DNA of 64,000 bases from Octopus sinensis (GCF_006345805.1 NC_043009.1:28148001-28212000), one strand, 5' to 3'. Counted from the stretch's first letter, positions 49,770 to 64,000 are shown. The notes: a model not told the origin generated them from the letters alone. A program made the numbers and translations.

Positions 49770-50384
49770 CTGAAAACACAAACAATACCTTTGTGGGGTC
49801 TCTGTATGATTTTACAAGGCATCATGGCTAAAATATGCAACGCGATACACCATTTTGTAGTACTGGTATATTCTACAAAATGAGAAAGACACAATCATTG
49901 TTTTATCCTTTTGATGGATACATAAATAAATAATTTTACATACGTGGAAGGATTGGAGGAGACCTTCACAGTTGCTTTAAGACCAAAACCAGCTTCCTAA
50001 CTTCATTCCTTGCCAAGATATCACATTCTGAAAAGCTTTGACTGCTTTTATTCTCGGTTTTTAAGTTGTGGTGCTAACCACAGTCAGTTACCAAACGCCT
50101 CATATATACATTTATATACATTTAATATTTTATATATTTAGATCCATAAGCTCGCCCCATCTCACATATATCTGTAACCCTCCTAGTTGATATTCATTGT
50201 ATTTTTATTGTATCTTTCAAGTCCTTGTGGCTAATATAAAAGGAAATGCAATTATTGTTGTTATTATTTTTACAATTATTATCATTCTTCTTCTTCTTCT
50301 TCTTCTTCTTCTTCTTCTTCTTCTTCTTCTCTCCTCCTCCTCCACTCCTCCTCCTCATCCTTCTCCTCCTCCCCATTGCAATGG

Positions 50385-50600
50385 TGAGTAGAATTGTCAG
50401 CACCCTGGACAAAATGCCCGGTGGCTTTTCATGTCTTTACGTTCTGAGTTCTGATTCCCCCGAGGTCGTCTTTGCCTTTCATCCTTTTTTGGGGTATCGA
50501 TAAAATAAGTGCCAACTGAACTCGGTGGGGTGGGTCGATGATGTAGTCCCCTCATCCCTATCTTCCCCAAGCTGCTCTTCTGATAAAAATTAGAAATAAT
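50385..50600 (+). mobile_element. SINE family B, diverged
   Basis: GAGTAGAATTGTCAGC...GTTCTGAGTTCTGATTCC...TTTGCCTTTCATCC...GATAAAATAAGTGCC. Confidence 0.7.
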
Positions 50601-50674
50601 TATCATTATTGTTATTATCAATAATCAAATGTGTTTGCATTTTGACTGGGAAATTATTTAAAATCCATACTTAC

Positions 50675-50719
50675 AATGTTTAATAAAATGAAGTAGCATG
50701 AAACGATCGTGCCAAATTA
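50675..50719 (-). CDS. candidate 45-nt exon
   Basis: GTGTTCTTCAG|...|GTAAGT; single open frame xIWHDRFMLLHFIKH. Confidence 0.3.
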
Positions 50720-51443
50720 CTGAAGAACACTTGTTGCTCATTTTGATTATAATCACGCCATGGATTTATAATGTATAATACCATACAAAATTCTGGTGCC
50801 TCTGACTCAAGTACCATATTCATTTGAATCTAAATTTTGCTGTACTTATATATATATTATATATATATATATATATATGTGTGTATATATATATATGTGT
50901 GTATATATATATGCATGTGTGTGTGTGCCTATGTGTGTGTGTACGTGTACATACACACACATACTCATATCGTTTGAAGTTTTGTACAGATTGTATATAT
51001 ATCAAGAAAGGAGTTAGTCAGAATTTTGGACAAATTATTTATTTAGTCCCTTCATCTTGGTTCATATATATATATATATATGTGTGTGTGTATATATACA
51101 CATATACATACATATATATACATAGATATATACAGACATACATTTATGCACACACACACACACATATATATATACAAAACATGTAACAGTAGCTTTGTGT
51201 TGGCCATGAGGAAGATAAGTTGTCAGTCAAGTTACACATAAAACAGAAAAAACATACACAGTCTATATATTTAATATTCCTGGACAAAGCACAGGTTCCT
51301 GGCAAAAAGACAATGCACCATATGCATATTTCCAGCCTTCATCAGCAGGAGTTACAATGCAGCAAATTTTCTACCTTTGACTGCTATTATACACACAAAC
51401 TTTGGCAGGATTTTTGAAAGAAAGTAAACTGTGTGATATTTAC

Positions 51444-51517
51444 CAAAACCATAAGAAACTTGCAAACATTTGACTGTCGATGCATTATGTATGAAAGTAA
51501 ACACATAAAATGCGCAA
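51444..51517 (-). CDS. candidate 74-nt exon
   Basis: CACTTTCCTGACAG|...TTTTG|GTAAAT; two frames open. Confidence 0.22.
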
Positions 51518-51694
51518 CTGTCAGGAAAGTGCATTAAATATTTGTAATGTTGACATATATTTTGTTGATGCAGGGAGAATATTAGGAGATGATAATATTA
51601 CCATTGGAACTACTAAATATTTGTCACATTCATTCACATGTGTGTGCAGGTGTGGAAGTATTACACAAACATACATACACACACACACACACAT

Positions 51695-51975
51695 GTGCGT
51701 GGCTGAGTGGTTAGGGTGATGCACTTGTGATTGCCAGATTGTAGGTTCGGTTCCAAGACTGGGTGATGTGTTTTATTATTTTTTTTTGAGCAAAACACTT
51801 CGTTTCGTGTGACTCCAGTCCATTCAGCTGTAAGATGGCCTAATCTTCTGATCAGGAGGGATGCTGTGTTGCTTCCCTAACTAACAGGGTGGTATTGTTT
51901 GAAAGCTAAATCAATGAAATGTGCATTGTGACCAGCGATGTATAACAGCATCTGATTGTTCGGTCAATCAATTGA
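51695..51975 (+). mobile_element. tRNA/CORE-like SINE family D, diverged
   Basis: TGGCTGAGTGG...GGTTCGGTTCC...TTGAGCAAAACACTT. Confidence 0.6.
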
Positions 51976-52059
51976 TCATGCAATCACATACACACTTACC
52001 TACATCCATCCATCCATCCATACATTCATACATACTTACATACATACATACATCTTTTA

Positions 52060-52705
52060 TATTTTACTTGTTTCAGTCATTTGACAGTGGCCATGCTGGG
52101 GCACAGCTTGAAGAATTTCAGTTGAATGCATTGATCCCAGAAATATTTTTTTAAAGCCTTTCACTTATTCTAGCAGTCTCTTTTGTTGGACCCCTAAATT
52201 ACAGGACATAAACACACCAACACCGGTTGCCAAGAAGTGGTGGATGACAAACACAAGCACCCACCCACACACACAAATACACACACACACACAACACACA
52301 CACACACACAAATACACACACACACACACACAAATACACACACACACACACAAATACACACACACACACAAAACACACACACACACAAATACACACACAC
52401 ACACAACAAAGATACACATAAACATGTGATTAGCTTTCTGAAAAAAGTATGCCAAATGTGTGTGTGTGTATTTGTGTGTGTGTTTGTGTTTGTGTTTGTC
52501 ATCCATCACCACTTGGCTACCAGTGTCGGTGTGGTTATGTTCCCATAACTTAAGGGTTCAGCAAAAAAAAAAAACAACGATAGGATAAATAAATACCAAG
52601 CTTAAAAAAACATGTACCGGGGTCAATTCATTCGATTAAAAAGGTCAAGACAGTGCCCCAGCCTGGCCAGTGTCTAATGACTGAAACACGTAAAAGATAA
52701 AAAAT
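52060..52705. mobile_element. two family A SINE tails in opposite orientation around CA/TG arrays
   Basis: Minus tail 52060-52260; plus tail 52480-52705. Confidence 0.75.
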
Positions 52706-52879
52706 ATGGAGAAAATGGAACTCACTACATGCGTATATGTACATTTTTTTTTTATTTGAGATTGGCTGAAAGTTACAAGTTACTCAAGTGCCCAGAGTTT
52801 CGTGTACAGCATCTGTGTTATGCATGAAATTTTTGGACCCCGAGTCACTCTTGTTGTTTTCTGTTATTTAAACTAAAAT

Positions 52880-53603
52880 ATGTTTTTTTACCTTCTACTT
52901 GTTCCAGTCAAGAGACTGTGGTCATGCTGGAGTACTGCCTTGAAGAATGTATTCACTCCAGTATTTATGTTATAAAGCATGGTATTTATTCTATTCCTCT
53001 CTTTTGCTGCTCTCCTAAGTTATGGGGACATAAACTCACCAACACCGGTTGTCAAGTGGTGGTGGGGGAGCAAACAGATGCAAACACACACACATTCGCA
53101 TACACACACACATAGTGGGCTTCTTTCAGTTTCCGTCTAGCAAATCTATTCACAAAGCTTTGGTTGTCCTGAGGTTAAGTAGAAGACACTTGCCTAAAAT
53201 AGCACACAGTGGGACTGAACCCAGAACCATGTGGTTGGGAAGCAAGCTTCTTACCACACAGCCACGTCTGCACTTCCACGTGCATACCCATACATGTAAA
53301 CACACAATACATGCACATGTATGCAAATATTTGCATGCACACACATACATGGTGGGCTTCTTTCAGTTTCCATGTAATAAATCCACTCATAAGGCTTTGG
53401 TCAGCCTGAGGCTATAGTAGAAGACACTTGCCCAAGGCGCCATGCAGTAGAACTGAACCCGGAACCATGTGGTTGATAAGCAAGCTACTTCCCAACAGCC
53501 ACATCTGCACCTGAACATGCATACCTATACATGTAAACACACAATACATATACATACATGCAAACATTTGCATGCACACACACACACATTCATACACACA
53601 TGT

Positions 53604-53640
<37 letters not shown>
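52880..53640 (-). mobile_element. family A SINE with tandemly duplicated head plus microsatellite
   Basis: Head at 53115-53275 repeated at 53352-53512, each followed by the same CACATCTGCAC...ACATGTAAACACACAATAC spacer. Confidence 0.8.
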
Positions 53641-53646
<6 letters not shown>

Positions 53647-54049
53647 TACATTTACTCTAAATCAGTGATTGCAATCTCTTTCTTCTGCCCCACCCCCTTC
53701 AACTCATCCACCATTGTCTCCTTCTGATCCTTCCAATATTATTAAAACAGGAAATTTCAAAGGAATAACAACAAAACAAACATGCCCCTAGGAATTCCTT
53801 TCTTTACAAAACCCCATTAAATAGCCCCTTTTTTTTAGAGAGCCACAAATTGAAATGCACCAAACGCCACTTCATTCCACCCTCTTTCTCTCCCCTCTAC
53901 CTCTCCTTCTGCCTCTCCTACATACTCTCTCCCTTTCTCCTCTTAATCTCTCTCTGTTTTGATTGTTTTCACATGTTCACTTTTATCATTGAATAAAGCC
54001 ATATTGATAGAATAAACTACAAGTTACTCATTCACCATTTCATTCCTTA

Positions 54050-54093
54050 TCTATCTATCAGTCTATCTACTAACCTACCTACATATCTATCTG

Positions 54094-54126
<33 letters not shown>

Positions 54127-54233
54127 TTATCTGTCTATCTATCTCGATCTACCCGTCTATCTATCTGTCTGTCTGTCTGTCTGTCTGTCTCTATCTATCT
54201 ATCTATCTATCTATTTAACTGTCTATCTATCTA

Positions 54234-54283
<50 letters not shown>

Positions 54284-54332
54284 CCTATCTATCTACCTAC
54301 CTATCCTATCTATCTATCTATCTATCTATCTA

Positions 54333-54363
<31 letters not shown>

Positions 54364-54410
54364 ATCTATCTATATATCCATCTATCTATCTGTCTATCTA
54401 TCTATTTACT
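54050..54410. repeat. (ATCT)n array
   Basis: Direct inspection. Confidence 0.95.
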
Positions 54411-54446
54411 AATCTCTCTCTCTCTCTCTCCTGCTATATTCTTTTA

Positions 54447-54815
54447 TTTTTTTATTCTTTTACTTGTTTCAGTCATTTAACTGTGGCCATGGTGGAGCAC
54501 CACTTTTAGTCGAGCAAATCAACCCCTAGTAATTATTCTATTGATCCCTTTTGCCGAACCAATAAGTTACGGGAGCGTAAATGCACCAGCATTGGTTGTC
54601 CAGTGATGTTGGGTTGACAAACACATACACACAATACTTATATATATATATATACGACAGGCTTCTTTCAGTTTCTGTCTACCAAATCCACTCACAAGGC
54701 TTTTGGTTAGCCCGATGCTATAGTAGAATACACTTGCCCAAGGTGCCACACAGTGGGACCGAACCTGGGACCATGTAGTTGGTAAGCAAGCTACTTACCA
54801 CACAGCCGCTTCTGC
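54447..54815 (-). mobile_element. SINE family A, full length
   Basis: Tail, short TA interior and head all present. Confidence 0.88.
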
Positions 54816-54817
54816 AC

Positions 54818-54877
<60 letters not shown>

Positions 54878-55305
54878 CTACATATATACATATACATAAC
54901 ATATATACATATATATATATGCATATGTGTATGCATGTGTGCATGAGAGTATGTGTTTGCAGGAGTGTGTGTGTGTGTGAATGTGGGGTTTGCATGTGGT
55001 TGCATGTATTAATACATAGGCATTAGGCTGAAAATACTAAAACTGGAAAGGAAATTGAGAGATATAAATAGAGACAGAGAGAGAGAGACAGACAGACAGA
55101 GAAGAGATTGACAGACAAGCTGAAAGAGGAAAATGGCCAGACATAATCATACATGCACACATATGCACATGCACACACATGCATGAACACACACAAACAT
55201 GTCCGCATGAACACGCATGCATGCACAAACATGTATTCACACACACGTGTATAGATAGAGAGATAGACAGATGTTTATATATATATTTATATATACACAC
55301 ACATG

Positions 55306-55343
<38 letters not shown>

Positions 55344-55502
55344 GATATATACACATATATATTATATATATATATATATATAGATATGTATACATATATG
55401 TGTATATGTGTTGCAATATATATGTGAGTATATATGTGTGTGTATACATGCATATATATACTCTCTCTCTCTCTCCTCTCTTATATATATAATATATATA
55501 TA

Positions 55503-55533
<31 letters not shown>

Positions 55534-56164
55534 CATATATATATGTACATAAGTATTTGGTATCTTGTATCATCATCATCATCATCATCATCATCGTTTA
55601 GATGATATGATGATGAGCTGATACCAAGATATACAAACATACTTTATGTATACATATATATAGTATATTTATATATATATATAATATATATGCATGTATC
55701 TACATATTTATAAACACACACGACATTTTATATTTTTGTGTATATGCATGTATACATACATACATACATAATATATATATATATATATATAGTATATATT
55801 ATATATATATATATATATATTATATACATATGTATATACACACATGGAGTTAGTACAAGGCAGACAGAAATGAAGATATTGTGAAAGAGGGAGGCGGGTG
55901 GGGAGAGGGTTAAGCAAGAGGTTCTGGACAAAAGGCCATATCAGAAATAGGTCTGAATGAGGACACAATTTGAATTTCCTAGATCCATATTGTCAGCAGA
56001 ACAGCCGCCTCTGGATGCTGCAATTCATTTCACTTAATGTGCTTTCACATTCCAGTCCGTATTAATATTTAATTAAACGCAGTTATTGTTATTCTTATTG
56101 GCACCACCACCAACACCACCAGCTCCACCACCACCTCCATCTTCATCATCATCATTATCATCAA

Positions 56165-56550
56165 TGTGGCAAACTGGCAGAATCATTAGCATATTGGACA
56201 AAATGATTAGCAACGTTGCTTCTAAATCTTTGTGTTATGGGTTCAAATTCTAGTGAGGTCAACCTTGCTTTTATAAATTTGGGGTTTGATAAAATAAGCA
56301 GCTGCCAAATACGGGGGTGCTGATGTAATCCACTTAATGTGCCCCCTAAAATTGCCAGCTTTATACCAAAATTTGAAACCATAATGATTTTAATAATTAC
56401 CATTGTTATTAAGGCAGGGAGCTGGCAGAATCGTTAACATGCCAGATAAAAAGATTTAGCAGCATTTTATCCACCCTTATGTTCTAAATTCAAATTTCAC
56501 CATGGTTGACTTAGCCTTTCATCTTTTCGAGATTGATAAAATAAATACCA
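56165..56550 (+). mobile_element. two SINE family B copies
   Basis: AAACTGGCAGAATCATTAGC... at 56170 and GAGCTGGCAGAATCGTTAAC... at 56419. Confidence 0.7.
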
Positions 56551-56589
56551 GTGGCTTAGTGGCAAGGGTATTTGGTCCATGTCGAAAGG

Positions 56590-56830
56590 TCCTAAGTTTG
56601 TTTTGTGACAGTGCCTTCTGTCTTTGAGCGAGACACTTTATTCCACATTGCCCCAGTTCTTGTACCTTGTTATTCAAAGGGCTGGCTTTGTCACATTCTG
56701 TGCCATGCCGAATCTCCCTGAGACCTACATTAAGGATACACATGTCTGTGGAGTGCTCAGCCACTTGCACATTAATTTCCCAAGCAGGCTGTTTCATTGA
56801 TCAGATCAACTGGAATTCTCATTGTCATAA
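56590..56830 (+). mobile_element. SINE family C 3' part
   Basis: GTCTGTGGAGTGCTCAGCCACTTGCACATTAATTTC...GCAGGCTGTTTC matches 49340-49430. Confidence 0.75.
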
Positions 56831-58349
56831 TCGAGAGAATGTCAGTCTATACACACGCATATATATTTTCCTTTTTATATATATGAAAAGAGCAGCATTA
56901 ACTGAACTGGAAAATCTCTTATATAGAATCTTACAAAGTGAACTTTATCTAGTAGAGCTATTCTATAGATTGTAGATACGATTTACAGTTTATGGCTTTT
57001 TTTCATGTTTTTGTTACAGTACCTGTTGTTATGGTACCCTTTCCATTATCTGGCATTGATACTGTTTATACTTCTTCCACTCATGGCTCCTTAATTTCTC
57101 TTTTGAAAGTCCTTGTAAGTTGATACCTTTTGATACCTTTTTGACTTTTGCTAGGGAAGAAAATTTGGTCAGAACTGAGAGCACGTTCTCTTTCCCTGTT
57201 TTTAATTATCTGGAAAATTGACTTTGATCTCTCTCTCTCTCTCTCTCTCTTTCTCTTCCTTGTCATTCAGAACAGACATGTTTTAGGGCAAAGAAAAACA
57301 TCTTACTGTCACATATCTGTTTGAACTAAGACCAAACGCTTCCCATTTTTATGTAAAAATGTCTGCACATTTTCCTCAGAAAATGTAGCAACACAACCAG
57401 TGATGTTGCCAAAAACACAATGAGAGTGGCTTCTTTGCATTAAGTAAACAGTTGACAGTTTATATTAAGCTGTAGCATTTTTTTGTGGCTAAGCATTGAT
57501 CTTGTGTCTCTAATATCAGACCCATTACTTCCTTGTATTCAATGTTTTTCACTCAATGTTGCCTTTCACACTGGTTTGTTTCCTTTCTGTCAAGTCTTAC
57601 AGGATATTGGTCATGGAGAGGATTCGCTTGTTATTTTCATTAGATTTTATTTCTGCTCTGATTTTATAACACTGTCGAGGATTTTTTCCCCTTCTTATTT
57701 CACTTTCATTATGTTTTATTTTGTTTTTACCGAAACTGCTTCTCTCGGTATAAATATTTTCTTGTTTGTACTTTATTGTTGCCTAATAAACACAAGAAAT
57801 TTTGTTTGATTTTCTTTCTCTCCTGCTGTTTTATTATATTCATCAATCTATCTTTGCTTGATTCTAACATTTTCCTTTGACCTCCCGCAGTTTTATTCTT
57901 CATAATAGTCCTCTATTTGCATCAAAACTCTTCTTCTCTATATATGAGATGGGTACGCTTGTACTTGTGTTGCAGGTCGATACATCATATATGTGTGTGT
58001 GTGTGTGTGAGTGTGTGTGTGTGTGTGTGTGTGCGCACACACATATATATATACATACACACACACATATATGTATGTGAGTGTGTATAAATATATACAT
58101 AAACACATATATGTGTGTATGTGCATGTGTGTGTGTGTATAGATATATCCATACATACACAACATACATACATACATATGGACACACACACATAATTATC
58201 ATCATCATTGTTTATCATCCACTTTTCTATGCTTGCAAGGGTTGAATTTCATTTGTTGAGGTGGTCTACAGCTGGATGCTCTTCCTGTCACCAATCCTTG
58301 CATGTTTCCAATTTAGAGAATATTCCTCATAATCAGACACATTTTCATA

Positions 58350-58388
<39 letters not shown>

Positions 58389-58496
58389 TGAAATAGAAAG
58401 ATGAATAATCTTGTTGCAGATTAATCAAATGCTTAACCGATACCTTGGTAGCAAAAATCACAGCAGAAGACAGCACGGTTGGAGGTACAATTCACT

Positions 58497-58539
<43 letters not shown>

Positions 58540-58764
58540 TATATATATATACACACACATATATATATACACACACACATATAATACATATATATATATA
58601 TCTGTAATCATCCTCCTCCTCATCATCATCATCATTTAGTATCCGTTTCCTATAGAATTTACAGTTTATGGCTTTATTGGGGGGGGGAGGGTACATCAGC
58701 CAAGATGTTGTGAGTAGATTTTGTAGACGGAAACTGAAAGAAGCCTGTTGTATATATATGTATA

Positions 58765-58935
58765 TCTATTATATAAAATCCATTCTGTCTGTCTGTGTGT
58801 GTGTCTTCTAGGATCTTGGGCATCCTCCATCCGATTGCGCTCAAATTTGACGTATCAGGGCATGTATAAGTCTTGAAAAAATTACGAAAATAAAAAGGCA
58901 AACATGCGATTGATAAAGCCTTGGGAACGTGCATT
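58765..58935 (+). mobile_element. non-autonomous Helitron-like fragment
   Basis: TCTATTATATAAAATCC...CTGTCTGTCTG...CCATCCGATTGCGCTCAAATTTG. Family is inference. Confidence 0.4.
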
Positions 58936-59121
58936 TATACGTGCAAATGCATCAGGCAAAATCCGTCTTTTGTTGGTGTCTCAAATTTAGGTTAAGTCAG
59001 TGTTTCTCAAAGGGGAGGGCTATGGGACGGTCGGACAAGTTGCTTTGAGAAAATTTGGTTTAAATGTTTAACAACTCAGCCCCGTCCATTGAACAGGGCG
59101 TGTTTTGCTCGTATATACTCT

Positions 59122-59526
59122 TTACTCTTTTACTCTTTTACTTGTTTCAGTCATTTGACTGTGGCCATGCTGGAGCAGCGCCTTTTAATCGAGCAAATCG
59201 ACCCCGGAACTTATTCTTTTGTAAGCCCAGTACTTATTCTATCGGTCTCTTTTGCTGAACCGCTAAGTAACGGGGACATAAAAACACCATCATCGGTTGT
59301 CAAGCAATGCTAGGGGGACAAACACAGACACACAAACACACGCATGCATATATATATGTACATATATACGACGGGCTTCTTTCAGTTTCCGTCTACCAAA
59401 TCCACTCACAAGGTTTTGGTCGGCCCGAGGCTATAGTAGAAGACACTTGCCCAAGGTGTCATGCAGTGGGACTGAACCCGGAACCATGTGGTTGGTAAAC
59501 AAGCTACTTACCACACAGCCACTCCT
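59122..59526 (-). mobile_element. SINE family A, full length, young
   Basis: Complete head, interior and tail with CpGs retained. Confidence 0.9.
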
Positions 59527-59681
59527 GCGACATATATATATATAAACAAACTTTGGAAGTGTCAAATGTGTTTGATATATTACAGACAAGAAAGGAAATT
59601 TTGAATGTAGTGAAGCTGTAAGACGAGCAGAAAAAAATCTGGTTATTACCCTTATAAGACAGAAAGAGAAAATTGTCAGCA

Positions 59682-59753
59682 GGGAACTATGGGAATTGAA
59701 CTTGTAACCCTCAAACCCCAGATGAGTGCTCTACTGTTAAGCTAAACAGCCCC
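59682..59753 (-). pseudogene. tRNA-like relic
   Basis: Minus strand GGGGCTG...TAGTTCC acceptor-like stem, D-arm AGCTT..AGAGC, GTTCAATTCC T-loop; anticodon loop oversized. Confidence 0.4.
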
Positions 59754-59930
59754 TGACAACGATTACTGCCAATTTTAAGGCTAAATAATAACAGTTTGAA
59801 TGCGAACTGAGGAATACAGGTTCAATTCTAGTAGATGCCTGCTGTCAAATTTTTTCCAGCTCATAAAGGTAAAAGCCCAATCTTTCTCCTTATAGCTTTA
59901 CTGTGTTCAAAATTTACCTTCTTGTGTGTG

Positions 59931-59971
<41 letters not shown>

Positions 59972-59984
59972 ATACATACATTGT

Positions 59985-60450
59985 ACAAATGATGTGCCGC
60001 TCACGGTGGTGCTGGAGAGAGTAGAATTTCAAGGCTTTAAGACGGTCCCAGTAATCAAGATCAGTCATGCCTTCAATTCCTTTAGTGAGTACCCTCTGGG
60101 GTGATCCAATCCTCGAGATGTTTTGTTTTGTATGGAGAGACCACAAGGGGCAGCAGTATTCAAGGTGTGACCGTACAAAGGAGGAGAAAAGTGGAATGAT
60201 GTCACCTTGTTCTTTGGACCAGAAGGTTCTTAAGATCCAGGAGCTCATCTTACGAGCTATATATGGGCATCCAAATGTGATTGTTATCAACAATTACACC
60301 CAGGTTTCTGATATTATTAGATGCCATGAGGGGTTCCCCAGAAGGAAGAGTGTATGGATGTTTTAGTATAGACTTTCTTCCAAAATTCATCAGCTCAAAT
60401 TTTCCCTCTTTCAGTTGCATTTTGTTTTTGTCTGCCCATTGACTCACAGC
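59985..60450 (-). pseudogene. CR1-clade LINE RT C-terminal fragment
   Basis: [17 protein letters not shown]...IRNLGVIVD / WILRTF...LFSSFVRSHLEYCCPLWS...QRVLTKGIEGMTDLDYWDRLKALKFYSLQHHRER. Confidence 0.88.
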
Positions 60451-60451
60451 A

Positions 60452-60620
60452 TATATATGATGGGCTTCTTTCAGTTTCTGTCTACCAAATCCACTTACAA
60501 GGCTTTGGTCAGCCCGAGGCGACAGCAGGAGACACCTGCTTAAGGTGGCATGCAGTGGGACTGAAACCGGAACCATGGGGCTGGGAAGCAAGCTTCTTAC
60601 TACACAGCCATTTCTGCACC
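60452..60620 (-). mobile_element. SINE family A head truncating the CR1 fragment
   Basis: GGGCTTCTTTCAGTTTCTGTCTACCAAATCC...CTTACTACACAGCCA. Confidence 0.8.
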
Positions 60621-60773
60621 TGTATATGTATGTATATATGTGTGTATGTGTATATATATATATTATATATATATATATAGATAGATAGATATATATACAT
60701 TCATATAATATATATATATATGTATATATTATATTTATATGTATGTGCATATGTATATATATATATATACATA

Positions 60774-60825
<52 letters not shown>

Positions 60826-61101
60826 GGGTTCAGTAAAAAAATTTAGTTTACCACACACAGAACTTTTAGAAATAGCAGCCAAAGAATTTAGCTATTTCTC
60901 CTACTATAAGAAGAGTCTCTCAGACAATGTATGCTCAAAAACTATTCACGTAGGCATAGAGGTAAAAATAATGGAAGATCACTCGTAAATCGATTACTTG
61001 AGAACGCGTTTGTGGGTTAGTTAGATATAGAGATGCTATAAATACATACCTATTCCAACATTCTTGTCATCAGCCCAAGATATATATACACATATATGTA
61101 T

Positions 61102-61132
<31 letters not shown>

Positions 61133-61137
61133 TATAT

Positions 61138-61206
<69 letters not shown>

Positions 61207-61226
61207 GAGTATATATATATGTAATA

Positions 61227-61298
<72 letters not shown>

Positions 61299-61344
61299 TG
61301 TATATATGTGTAAATATATATGTATATATATTTATGCACCATTT

Positions 61345-61603
61345 TCAAGCCTAGTCAGGATCATGGGCCCGGTTTTCCGGTTTCTATGGTGTATCCATTA
61401 CCCTTAGCTGGACAGGACACCAGTCCATTACAGCATTACTCAAGAAACAGGAAGAAAGAGTAAGAGAAAGTTGGGGCAAAAGAGTACAACAGGGGTCGCT
61501 ACTACCCTCTACCAAAGCCTCGTGTAGCTTTAGGTGTTTTCGCTCAATAAACACACACAACTCCTGGTCTGCTGCCCTAACCACTGAGCCATTGTGCCTC
61601 CAC
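61345..61603 (-). mobile_element. SINE family C with alternative tail, internally deleted
   Basis: Head TGGCTCAGTGGTTAGGGCAGCAGAC; tail GGACAGGACACCAGTCC shared with 43100-43413. Confidence 0.75.
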
Positions 61604-61929
61604 ACACACATATATATGTATATATATACATACATGTATAAATATATGTAAAGCAGTTTTAGGGTTATCAGTTGAGAATGCAGTAAACAACTCTGATGAC
61701 GTAGAATATATTATATTGAAGCGGTAGTTTTATAATCAGAATAGTTAGTGTATTTATACCTATAATCTTATTTCTGACACCTCACTTTTATTCTCTCATA
61801 TTCACTTGACTCTTCCGCACTTCTCTTTTCTCTTTGCATTTTTATGTATGTATTTCTGTTGCTTCTTATCACTTTCATCTTTTCCCAAGTACTCATATGG
61901 ATAATTCCGTTCTAATTTACTGCCGTTGT

Positions 61930-61958
61930 TGTCATTATCAATATTATTATTATTATTA

Positions 61959-62011
<53 letters not shown>

Positions 62012-62204
62012 GTTACTGTTATTATCACGATCATCATGATCATGATCACCATCATCATCTTTGTTGTTGTTATCATCGCAACCATCGCCACCATCACCAT
62101 CACCACAAGCATCATCATCATCGTCATCGTCATCATCGTAATCATCATCATCATCATCATCATCATTCCCATCAGCATTATCGTCATCGTTGTCATTATT
62201 ATTA

Positions 62205-62265
<61 letters not shown>
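61930..62265. repeat. (ATT/CAT)n array
   Basis: Direct inspection. Confidence 0.95.
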
Positions 62266-62919
62266 TTTATCGCTCTTTGGCACCTCTCTAATTTTCATTC
62301 TCACTTCCAAGTGAAAGGAATGTATTTCCTAGCTAATATCTAATTTGTGCATTTTTCGTTATCTATTTTTTAAAACTACATTTTTTTATTCATTTTTATT
62401 TTTCTATCATTTATTTCTCTACTTTATTTATTTATTTACTATATTTTTTTTTTCAAAACTCATCTTGCTCTCTGTAATTTGATCACCAAACTAATCAATA
62501 CAAAGCAGATGATCAATATGCCTAGAATTACTCAGTTTAGTTGTAGTAGTAGCAGGAGCAGTAGTAGTAGTGATAGTATTAGGAGTAGTAGCAGCAGCAG
62601 TAGCAGAATCATCATTAAAGCGTAATGAGAAAAAATAAGCTTCTTACTTAAATAGTTTGGCATTTTTTAAATGGAACAGTTCTTGGCAGCTTCTCTGGTT
62701 GCCATTCCTGTTCATACACATATGCGTATGTGTGTATATGTATATATCATATATGTGTATATACATATATATATATACAGACACACACACACAAATTCAT
62801 ATATATATATTATATATATATATATATATTATATATTATATATATATATATTATATATATATATATACAGACACACACACACAAATTCATATATATATAT
62901 ATATTATATATATATATAG

Positions 62920-62951
<32 letters not shown>

Positions 62952-63103
62952 ATATATATATATATACAGACACACACACACAAATTCATATATATATATA
63001 TACATATATAACCACAACATACAAATACACACACATGTATACATCATCATCGTTTAACATCCGCCTGATAAAGGAATATTTATGTGTGTATGTGTGTGTG
63101 TAT

Positions 63104-63135
<32 letters not shown>

Positions 63136-63479
63136 GGTTGATAGATAGATACACACATGCATATTGAAAGAGTATATGTATAGGTAGATATATAAAATAT
63201 ATATATACTTGTATAGCATATGCTTTTAATTCTGTTTGTACTAAAGAATTTAATGTGTTTGCTACATGATTCTGAGGAATGGGAGAGGAATCGGTTGATT
63301 TATTTGCATGAAATGTTTGACCAGAATTGTGACAAGAACACAGACACATAAATGCTCTCCATGCTCTCACTTAGTCCTGTGTTCCTGCATATAATTAACA
63401 TAAATTTATCTTCACCATGGAGAGGTTTGAGTCATCCATGTGATGTTGCAACATTTTACATATTTTTCTACATTGTACT

Positions 63480-63697
63480 TATTCTTCTATTCTTTTACTT
63501 GTTTTGGCCATTCTGGAGCACCCCCTTTAGTCAAACAAATCGACCCTAGGACTTATTCTATGTAAGCCTAGTACTTATTCTATCAGATTCTTTTGCTGAA
63601 CCGCTAAGTTGTGGGGATATAAACACACCAACATCAGTTGTCAAATGATGGATGGGGGACAAATGCAGACACACACACCACACACACACACACAGAC

Positions 63698-63730
<33 letters not shown>

Positions 63731-64000
63731 TTTATATATATATATTTATAGTAAATTCTAAAGAAGAACAACAAATTCAACAATTTGGTACACGTAAAGT
63801 ATTAGCAGACACTCAGGGAAGGAAAGAAAGATGGTTTAACATTTCAAGCAATGCTCTCCTTCAGAAACAGAAGAAAGTCCAATAGAAAGGAAGACGGAGG
63901 AAGAAAATCACCAATGATTCTCATGTGGTTACATTTTGAATATATATATATATATATGACAGGCTTCTTTCAGTTTCCAGCTACCAAATCCACTCACAAG
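63480..64000 (-). mobile_element. family A SINE interrupted in its microsatellite by a hammerhead-bearing fragment
   Basis: Tail 63480-63670; head begins at 63955 and runs off the window; unrelated insert 63750-63940. Confidence 0.7.
63834..63868 (-). ncRNA. decayed hammerhead motif (GAGC-stem family)
   Basis: Minus strand GTTT-CTGAAGG-A-GAGC-ATT-GCTT-GAAA-TG-TT-AAAC; stem I GTTT:AAAC intact. Confidence 0.55.

Overview
Very AT-rich eukaryotic DNA with no prokaryotic operons, CRISPR arrays or intact RNA genes. The extreme microsatellite load and the tRNA-derived SINE families suggest an Octopus (cephalopod) intronic or intergenic region; this is inference from repeat content. Almost all ORFs in the supplied track are microsatellite artefacts. 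Real coding remnants are all retroelement-derived: a nearly intact 5'-truncated Penelope-like element of probable Naiad type (21533-24276, +), three further PLE GIY-YIG fragments, four R4/Dong-type fragments (mostly abutting TAA/ATC repeats), RTE, CR1 and L1/Tx1 fragments, and a possible Copia relic. There are also about 40 SINE copies or fragments in five families, several MITE-like elements and a 5S rRNA pseudogene. The most notable signal is nine minimal type I hammerhead-ribozyme motifs from about five sequence families. Several have the short palindromic stem III typical of PLE ribozymes, and several sit in small microsatellite-embedded elements with fold-back (inverted) arms. A speculative chain of short minus-strand exons suggests the window may lie inside a host gene, which I could not identify.
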